NCBI GenBank assembly: GCA_016699955.1
Contig: CP064993.1
Span: forward strand, 1,179,497-1,211,496
Length of the DNA stretch: 32,000 nucleotides
Source of the DNA: Candidatus Saccharimonadota bacterium
GTDB taxonomy: Bacteria > Patescibacteriota > Saccharimonadia > Saccharimonadales > UBA4665
Direction of reading: 5' to 3'
Shown here: positions 18,357 through 24,018 of the stretch, piece by piece
Layout of the letters: the number at the start of each line of letters is the position of its first letter
Position numbering within the stretch: the first letter of the stretch is position 1
Notes under the pieces: model-generated
The model's database searches: none
Seen by the model: the letters and a program-made list of their open reading frames with translations, nothing else
What the model was told of the DNA's origin: nothing
Translations under genes and position numbers: made by a program

Positions 18357-18430
18357 ATCGAATCTCCTAAACTTACGTACTAATAAAAACTGAGCCTTTT
18401 TACGTCATGCTCGGGACGTCATCAACCTAT

Positions 18431-18460
18431 AACGAAAACCGAGGAGCTAATACTCCTCGG
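18431..18460 (-). terminator. Intrinsic terminator of the DUF3768 gene
   Basis: Perfect 8-bp hairpin CCGAGGAG-tattag-CTCCTCGG on the minus strand, followed by TTTTCGTT. The hairpin contains the natural stop codon at 18447-18449. Confidence 0.6.
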
Positions 18461-18776
18461 CTAACATGATAGTCAGTACCCGGTGGCAATCCGGACTGAG
18501 CGGATCACACCAGTATCCGAGACTCTGGTCGTAGTAATCTATTTTCCAAAACAACTTTTACCGGGCTTCAAAACATCCGAAATCATGCTCGCCGTACGGA
18601 TCGTTATCTTCAGAGAACTTATCGAAGTCCCTCACTTTCACGAATATCTCATTCATGAACGGTGCCAGTGCCGCTACGCCTCGCGTGACGGTACAACCAC
18701 TCATCCCACGACGGAAGTTGTCGTTTATTGCCGCAATCTTTGCAGACGTTTCATTTAACGCTGTTTCGGTGTCCAT
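18447..18776 (-). pseudogene. DUF3768 family gene interrupted by an in-frame TAA
   Basis: AAGGAGG lies 6 nt upstream of the ATG at 18776. Reads MDTETALNETSAKIAAINDNFRRG...DNDPYGEHDFGCFEAR, then TAA (18560-18558), then in the same frame KLFWKIDYYDQSLGYWCDPLSPDCHRVLTIMLAEEY. DNDPxGEHDFG, FWKIDYYD and RVLTIMLAEEY are the family hallmarks as I recall them. Confidence 0.75.
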
Positions 18777-18885
18777 ATAGACCCTCCTTGTTATTCTTGA
18801 GAGGGCTTTCTGCCTCTCTGTCTGGTGGGCACGGGCTGGCATCGGCCAGGGTCAATATGGAGCGCCCCCAGGCGCTTTAGCCCTA

Positions 18886-18925
18886 GGGACGAACGATGTT
18901 GACGCGGGACGTGCGCCCGTATACT
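18886..18925 (+). promoter_or_regulatory. Island promoter/operator module, copy a
   Basis: GGGACGAACGAtgTTGACG, 15 nt, then TATACT. It is followed by the purine-rich leader GAGGAAGACAGAGGAAGGAAAAAACC and faces the 18993 gene. Confidence 0.45.
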
Positions 18926-18992
18926 GAGGAAGACAGAGGAAGGAAAAAACCTTTAATAGCTGATATAATTAATTTGAAATGAAGAAAAATAA

Positions 18993-19505
18993 ATGATTAT
19001 AAGCTCATACAAAGTAGTAGAGGTTATAAAAATAAGTCCTAAAACGAGCGACTACTCAATCGACGGTTCGCCAGATATAGTCGTTTACAGCATTAGGTTA
19101 GCGTACATAGGTGATGATTTATCAGAAACCCCAACTAACATTACGGAAAAATTAACGTGTTTTATAGATTCTAAGGCACCGAAAGTCGGTGACGTCATCT
19201 ATGGCAGAAGTAGCTCAACGCTGGAACCGCCTACTGCCAACAAAAAACTTCCTACGGCTACCATAACAGGTGTCGAAATTGCAGCTGACGAAAAACACCC
19301 AAATCGTATAGAAAAGCTATATTCCGTCAAGACTGATCTTTTAAAAAAATCATTTACTGTTTACGGTGATTCAGAAGGTGCTAATATTCCCTATATAGGC
19401 CAAAAGATAAACCTATGGTTATCTATTTGTGATGATGGTGATGTGGAGGTGTCAGCCGATGAGTTCCCAGAACCATTTGATGAATATACAGAGTTGATTA
19501 AATAA
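18993..19505 (+). CDS. Hypothetical protein (170 aa)
   Basis: Clean ORF downstream of module a. No motif recognised and no obvious Shine-Dalgarno. Confidence 0.5.
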   Translation: MIISSYKVVEVIKISPKTSDYSIDGSPDIVVYSIRLAYIGDDLSETPTNITEKLTCFIDSKAPKVGDVIYGRSSSTLEPPTANKKLPTATITGVEIAADEKHPNRIEKLYSVKTDLLKKSFTVYGDSEGANIPYIGQKINLWLSICDDGDVEVSADEFPEPFDEYTELIK

Positions 19506-19586
19506 GTTCAGTGCGTACATTGAAAAAACATAGGAATAACCGCAGAATAGGTTAATTATTATTAGAGCTGAAAAATGTTGTTTGAA

Positions 19587-19662
19587 CCTTTTTGCGCCAT
19601 ACTCAGGGAGTTTGTGCTACTCGAGGTTACTCTCGATAAGCTCGGACCAGCTAATACGTCCC
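19587..19662. repeat. 76-nt repeat, copy 1 (orphan 3' tail of a 21827..22105-type gene)
   Basis: 71/76 identical to 21797-21872. The minus strand encodes ...GRISWSELIESNLE plus a stop (19617-19619), but the upstream frame hits TAG with no start, so this is a gene remnant. Confidence 0.8.
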
Positions 19663-19677
19663 AGTGCACTTGCCCTA

Positions 19678-19717
19678 GGGACGAACGACGTTGACGTGGG
19701 TAATGAGCTTGTATACC
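19678..19717 (+). promoter_or_regulatory. Island promoter/operator module, copy b (orphan)
   Basis: GGGACGAACGAcgTTGACG, 15 nt, then TATACC. It is fused directly to the orphan gene tail, and no plus-strand gene follows it. Confidence 0.3.
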
Positions 19718-19913
19718 GACCAACAGGTACCTATCTGTTTCGGATTATTGGTGACGAAGCAGGTAATAACTTGGCTCGGTGAATGGTTTACTGAATAATA
19801 CTCGGCGAAGTTCGAGTAAATAGTATCCTATCTTCGGGATTCGTGGAGCTGTATTTTCTTCCGTAGCTAACATCCTCTCGGCTTCTTCGCCCTCGATAAG
19901 CTGGCTATATTGT

Positions 19914-20426
19914 TTACAATTTTTGACGTTCATCGGATTCTTCTCCATTAACCGTATCGAGATATTTTCTAATTATCAGCCCCTGCATCCAATATACATA
20001 ATACGCGAGACTGTTTGTTGAAAATGTATATCTATAATAAAAAAACGAAATATGCATTAATACAACCCCCAAGACATAATATGGAGCTGCTTGTACTGCG
20101 AGAATCGACGGCACTAACAAAAGTACACTATAACTAATAATGATGAATCTAAGGATATCATGCATTGACTGTGCGAATATACGATTCACATCTACTGTTC
20201 CGCCATGAATTATTTTATGGAATCGTTTGTAGCCCAGACCTGAAACTACGCCGTGATGGATACTAAAATCTTCCTCAGAATCAAGCATAGTAAATATGGA
20301 ATCAAAATATGGATCTTTACCAGAATAACGACGTAAACGAGCATACATAAAAATATTGTCTATGTTTATATATGCCAACCAATAACCTATTGCACAACCA
20401 ACTAGTAATGCTAACTGAGAGTCCAT
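19914..20426 (-). CDS. Multi-pass membrane protein (about 170 aa), unknown function
   Basis: The track ORF begins at GTG 20489; the first ATG is 20426 (MDSQLALLVGCAIGYWLAYI...). There are several hydrophobic helices, and this is the most AT-rich segment of the window by eye. Confidence 0.5.
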   Translation of the reverse strand: MDSQLALLVGCAIGYWLAYINIDNIFMYARLRRYSGKDPYFDSIFTMLDSEEDFSIHHGVVSGLGYKRFHKIIHGGTVDVNRIFAQSMHDILRFIIISYSVLLLVPSILAVQAAPYYVLGVVLMHISFFYYRYTFSTNSLAYYVYWMQGLIIRKYLDTVNGEESDERQKL

Positions 20427-20497
20427 TACTAAAATTTTAACATTAACTTCAATAGCATGTATTCTAAGTATTAATAACGTCGAGTTCACGGTGAAAC

Positions 20498-20572
20498 ACT
20501 TCGAGTTTATTCTCGTTTAGCTCAAGCGAGCTAATGCGCCCGTATACTGAGGAGACAGAGGAAGGAAATACC
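20498..20572. repeat. Hybrid repeat, copy c: diverged gene tail joined to the module -10 and leader
   Basis: TTCGAGTTTATTCTCGTTTAGCTCAAGCGAGCTAATGCG resembles the tail repeat. GCGCCCGTATACTGAGGAGACAGAGGAAGGAAATACC (20536-20572) matches 18913-18950 of copy a apart from one 1-nt gap and one or two substitutions. Confidence 0.5.
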
Positions 20573-20627
20573 TCACTAATAAGTGCAACAAATTTGACAT
20601 AATGAACCAAAAGGTGCATTGTATACC

Positions 20628-20666
20628 TAATGATTCTACAAAAAGATTCAGAATCATTATTATAAT
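20628..20666 (+). promoter_or_regulatory. 10-bp inverted repeat abutting a TATAAT box (operator/promoter candidate for the 20698 operon)
   Basis: TAATGATTCT (20628-20637) and AGAATCATTA (20650-20659) are perfect complements with a 12-nt spacer. TATAAT sits at 20661-20666, AAGGAGG at 20684-20690 and ATG at 20698. Confidence 0.35.
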
Positions 20667-20697
20667 TATCATCAAGAATCTTCAAGGAGGATAGTCT

Positions 20698-20898
20698 ATG
20701 GCTCAAAAGCCAGAAGATAAGCTATTAAATACAACACAAAATAACGATCTAACATTGACCGGTAAGCCTGTATTGGTTCAAAACCAATTAGGCATTTTCT
20801 ACGGCACACTAGAAAAGGCCGACACAAGAACCGGAACTGCTCTTTTAACAAACGGCTTTATGCTATCGCCTGAACGGCACATCACATTTTTTTATTAG
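20698..20898 (+). CDS. Small hypothetical protein (66 aa)
   Basis: Strong AAGGAGG 7 nt upstream. The ORF ends just after a T7 run (20887-20893). Confidence 0.5.
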   Translation: MAQKPEDKLLNTTQNNDLTLTGKPVLVQNQLGIFYGTLEKADTRTGTALLTNGFMLSPERHITFFY

Positions 20899-20924
20899 CG
20901 ACTTGTGCATGGAAGTAGCTACTA

Positions 20925-21431
20925 GTGATTACGGTGATGAAAGCGATGACGGCGCAATTGACCCCTGGGATAAAGCCGAAAAGTTATTTCCAAAATGAAA
21001 TATCAATAACAAACGAGGAATACATAGAACACAAAAGAGCTATTTCGATTACAGACTATGCGGCCGAGGGGGTGGCATTAGTGCAATTCAGAACTAGCAC
21101 CTATTGGAATACTGAAGTTTCTCAAGCTACATCGCCATCGATATCTTTAACTGGAATAATGGCTATAGTTGCTATAGACCCAAATACAGAAGTAGTACAT
21201 AAAGAATTGTCCATATTGGCTAGCGAGGATATATCTGGCCTTGGAGTTATTGAGTCTGTTCTTGGCTGGGATATTCCAAACTTTGAAGTGAGAAAAACAT
21301 TCGAAATATTAACAAAAAGTGTCAGTAACATAGAAGATACCGACTTCCTCAATCTTCCTAAACTGGCTGTAAATACGAGTCAAAGGGTTAGTCTTATTGG
21401 ACGAGTAGAATCTGATGACCAAGCTAACTAA
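20925..21431 (+). CDS. Hypothetical protein (about 165 aa)
   Basis: Track ORF with a GTG start at 20925; the first ATG is at 20937. It overlaps the next gene. No family recognised. Confidence 0.45.
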   Translation: MITVMKAMTAQLTPGIKPKSYFQNEISITNEEYIEHKRAISITDYAAEGVALVQFRTSTYWNTEVSQATSPSISLTGIMAIVAIDPNTEVVHKELSILASEDISGLGVIESVLGWDIPNFEVRKTFEILTKSVSNIEDTDFLNLPKLAVNTSQRVSLIGRVESDDQAN

Positions 21432-21711
21432 ACGAGACTGGGAAAATCGCCAAAAAGTGCGAGAAAACATTAAAGAAAAAATATATAGATCATATAATAG
21501 CAGGAGTATGACTCATTGCTATACGATAAATAGGAATAAGCTTCTTTTTGAAAGTAAAATGAAAGCAGATCTTGCTGTAAAATATAGCAACGGCGAACTC
21601 AAGCGCTCATATGTATGTCGCACTTGTATGGGCTGGCATACAACCAGCAAAACAGAAGAAGAATATAACCAGAAGAGACTAGAATTTTCAAAGGCGCATC
21701 GTAATATTTAA
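21415..21711 (+). CDS. Small basic protein with a CxxC-GWH zinc-knuckle-like motif
   Basis: 98 aa with the motif YVCRTCMGWHTTS. Its start overlaps the end of the upstream ORF by 17 nt, consistent with coupling. Confidence 0.5.
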   Translation: MTKLTKRDWENRQKVRENIKEKIYRSYNSRSMTHCYTINRNKLLFESKMKADLAVKYSNGELKRSYVCRTCMGWHTTSKTEEEYNQKRLEFSKAHRNI

Positions 21712-21796
21712 CGGAATAATTGAAAAACACGATTAATGCTATCATCTATGGATAAGTGTCTAGCTGATGGCTTCAGCTTATCTTGATTCGAAGTAG

Positions 21797-21872
21797 CCTT
21801 TTTGCGCCATGCTCAGGGCGTTTGAGCTATTCGAGGTTACTCTCGATAAGCTCGGACCAGCTAATGCGTCCG
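21797..21872. repeat. 76-nt repeat, copy 2 (3' end plus 30 nt downstream of gene 21827..22105)
   Basis: 71/76 identical to 19587-19662. It covers the last 14 codons, the stop (21827-21829) and 30 nt of 3' flank. Confidence 0.8.
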
Positions 21873-22105
21873 AAAGCAGTTTGTAGCAAGTCTTGCCACA
21901 GGCACGGTACATCTATTTCATCGTCTAGCTGGTACCGTAGCATCATCTCCAGCCAGTCAGCTTGTTCATATGTTCGCCACGCATCTTTGCTCGTAGCTTC
22001 TAGCAGGAGCGCATAGCTTGACTCATCGTTTGTGAGCCAGAGATTTGCGAGCCACGTCTCGTAGTTACTCCACCCATTGTATGTCTGTACCTCTGCTACG
22101 TTCAT
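21827..22105 (-). CDS. Small conserved phage/plasmid-type protein (92 aa)
   Basis: AAGGAG lies 8 nt upstream. YNGWSNYETWLANLWLTNDE is an N-terminal motif I recall from uncharacterised phage/plasmid proteins, but I cannot name the family. Confidence 0.6.
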   Translation of the reverse strand: MNVAEVQTYNGWSNYETWLANLWLTNDESSYALLLEATSKDAWRTYEQADWLEMMLRYQLDDEIDVPCLWQDLLQTAFGRISWSELIESNLE

Positions 22106-22197
22106 TGTTATTTCTCCTTTACTTTACGTAACGGAGTTAAAGCACGGTGCCGCATGGCAAATCTGTCAAGGTGGAGCGCCCCTTGACGTTTACCAAC

Positions 22198-22237
22198 GGG
22201 ACGAACGACCTTGACGGGTTTGCTCGGTACGTATAAT
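22198..22237 (+). promoter_or_regulatory. Island promoter/operator module, copy e
   Basis: GGGACGAACGAccTTGACG, 15 nt, then TATAAT. It sits in the divergent region between 22105 (-) and 22295 (+). The upstream block GGAGCGCCCC is shared with copy a. Confidence 0.45.
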
Positions 22238-22282
22238 GAGGCAGTACGTGAAGTGACATGATATTAAATAATCATTATCAGC

Positions 22283-22294
22283 TATAATTTAGGT
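22283..22294 (+). promoter_or_regulatory. Second -10 box placed for a leaderless FtsK-like mRNA
   Basis: TATAAT (22283-22288) lies 6 nt before the ATG at 22295, the same geometry as the 8143/8155 pair. No good -35. Confidence 0.3.
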
Positions 22295-23065
22295 ATGAAC
22301 GATGGTACAACGCTCCAGTTTCTCGTAGGAACTACCGACGACGGCATGGCAGTCTATGGAGACTTCCAGAAAACAGGGCACTTTATATCCTCTGGACATG
22401 TTGGCTCGGGACACGCCAGCTACGACGAAGCAGTGTTTGTCACAAATCTTTTACAGAACTATTCACCTAAAGAATTACAGTTTGTCATGATTGATCCGAA
22501 ACAAGTTCAGCTGACTCCATATGAGGGCATCTCGTATTTGTGGCGACCGCTGGCTCTTACGCCCGAAGGTGCAAAGTCTGCTGTAACCGACTTGATAGAA
22601 GAGATAGATAGGCGATTCGAACTATTTACTGATGCTGGCATAAACAAAATTGCTGAGTACAACGCAAAGACTGAAGACAAGCTCCAATTTATCATCCTCC
22701 TTTGCACCGAGATTGCTGATTTGATGATGGTAGATAACAAGTTCTATCGTGAGGCATTCAACAAAATCTGGATGCTGGGCCAGGCGGTTGGAATCCATAT
22801 GTATATTGCAACACAGCGTCCAAGCGAGGATGTGCTTCCAGGTGAATTGATGGGTGGCGTATCTGGCCGACTTGTTTTTGCAGTAGCGTCTACTGCTGAC
22901 AGCGAATGGCTAGTGGGTGAATCAGGCGCAGAAAATATAACTCAACAAGGTCGCCTCATATTTGCCGAATCAGTTGTAGCGCCGAAACAGAATGTTATGG
23001 CCGCCTATGTCTCTGACGAGGAAGTCATGAGGCTCGTCGAGTCGATCAAGGAAAAGAACAGATGA
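22295..23065 (+). CDS. FtsK/SpoIIIE-family ATPase domain protein with degenerate Walker A and B motifs
   Basis: FVMIDPKQVQL, IATQRPS and GRLVFAVAS match the FtsK motor domain. The Walker A position reads GHVGSGHASY instead of GxxGSGKS, and the Walker B position reads ILLCTEIADLM instead of hhhhDEhADLM. There is no transmembrane or gamma domain. Confidence 0.75.
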   Translation: MNDGTTLQFLVGTTDDGMAVYGDFQKTGHFISSGHVGSGHASYDEAVFVTNLLQNYSPKELQFVMIDPKQVQLTPYEGISYLWRPLALTPEGAKSAVTDLIEEIDRRFELFTDAGINKIAEYNAKTEDKLQFIILLCTEIADLMMVDNKFYREAFNKIWMLGQAVGIHMYIATQRPSEDVLPGELMGGVSGRLVFAVASTADSEWLVGESGAENITQQGRLIFAESVVAPKQNVMAAYVSDEEVMRLVESIKEKNR

Positions 23066-23455
23066 GCAATTGGGTCATCGCATCAAACCCCGCAACCTAT
23101 AATGCCGAGGGTTCGCTTCAGACCAATAACCAAATGGATTGGGTAACGAGCAATAAGTTCGCAATCGGGGATGTTGTGTACGTACGAGTTATCTCCTCGT
23201 GGGCGGGTGGGTTTATAAACTGAGTGGTGCTGACGTATTACTGGCCCTAGATAGATGCCGCATTCTGGGCGGGGTGTTCAAAGATCTTGAAGCTTTCCGC
23301 GAATTTTTCGCCTGAAGCTGATAGGTGAGGCCGAGGATGGGGTTATCCCTCTTTCGAAGCTAAAGAAGCGTGGATTCACGGCACCGCAAGGGCTGGCGAA
23401 TTCACTTGATGCTCACCCCGCCTTGATTGAATATATCGAGGATTTCATTGTATGA
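23062..23455 (+). pseudogene. EVE/PUA-like domain gene broken into at least three frames
   Basis: The ATG at 23062 overlaps the FtsK-like stop (ATGA). Fragment 1 reads MSNWVIASNPATYNAEGSLQTNNQMDWVTSNKFAIGDVVYV... and stops at 23221-23223. The last fragment (23291-23455, another frame) reads ...RLKLIGEAEDGVIPLSKLKKRGFTAPQGLANSLDAHPALIEYIEDFIV. Both ends resemble EVE-domain proteins as I recall them. Confidence 0.5.
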
Positions 23456-23538
23456 AGTCCAAAAAGAAGAAACAGCCATTGACTCAACAGGAAACTGACG
23501 AGATTATTACCGTTATTCTGCCTATTATTAACTCATGA
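23452..23538 (+). CDS. 28-codon ORF bridging two ATGA overlaps
   Basis: MKSKKKKQPLTQQETDEIITVILPIINS. Its ATG overlaps the EVE-like stop and its TGA overlaps the HAD-like ATG. Confidence 0.25.
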   Translation: MKSKKKKQPLTQQETDEIITVILPIINS

Positions 23539-23951
23539 ATGTATACCTCGACATAGATGGCGTGTTACTCGCCAACGAAGATAATCTAGCAATTGGTGCC
23601 GTAGAGTTTATCAAATACGCCGTCGAGCATTTTGATGTGTATTGGCTAACAACCCATTGCATGGACGGCACGACCGAGCATGCCATACAGTATCTCAATC
23701 GTGCGGCCGATGAAGACTTACGTCCATGGCTCGAAAAGTTCAAACCGGTGATTTGGAGCATCAAAAAGACTGAAGCCATTGACTTCGCAAAGCCATTTCT
23801 CTGGTTCGACGACGATTGCTTTACAGGGGAGAAGATCGACCTTCAGGAGCATGGCGTGCTCAACTCGTGGATCGAGATTGACCTGCGCACCACACCCGAT
23901 CAAATGGTAAAAGAGCTCGTTACTCTACAAGCATTTAACGACCACAAATAA
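23535..23951 (+). CDS. Small HAD-superfamily-like protein
   Basis: N-terminal VYLDIDGVLL (DxDGV nucleophile motif) and a late FLWFDDD acidic motif. At 138 aa it resembles the stand-alone HAD modules found in nucleic-acid repair/defence contexts. Confidence 0.55.
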   Translation: MNVYLDIDGVLLANEDNLAIGAVEFIKYAVEHFDVYWLTTHCMDGTTEHAIQYLNRAADEDLRPWLEKFKPVIWSIKKTEAIDFAKPFLWFDDDCFTGEKIDLQEHGVLNSWIEIDLRTTPDQMVKELVTLQAFNDHK

Positions 23952-24018
23952 TTTGTGATGCGTAATTGCCGTCTAGCCCTCCTATCATCTCTGTTTTTAG
24001 GGTATAATATTGGATAAT

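Noticed and set aside
9427-18776. Stop-codon reassignment as an explanation for the in-frame TAG (10942) and TAA (18558)
   Set aside because: TAA ends tpiA and pyk, TGA ends pgk and TAG ends ppsA, each at the expected conserved C-terminus. All three are therefore functional stops, and the internal stops are better read as nonsense mutations.
20464-20706. 80-aa minus-strand ORF
   Set aside because: It is assembled from a diverged gene-tail repeat, the -10/leader block and the operator/promoter of the 20698 operon. It has no RBS and is probably a chance open frame across repeat debris.
19582-22016. Plus-strand ORFs 19582..19782 and 21783..22016 with similar N-termini (LFAP.SG.L.YSRLLSISSDQL)
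   Set aside because: The similarity exists only because both are antisense translations of the 76-nt repeat. The coding sense is the minus strand (GRISWSELIESNLE, the end of a gene with a strong RBS).
18843-22294. CRISPR array or similar regularly spaced repeat array
   Set aside because: The repeats are few, differ in length and extent, are irregularly spaced (0.8-2.2 kb) and overlap gene ends and promoters. No cas genes are present.
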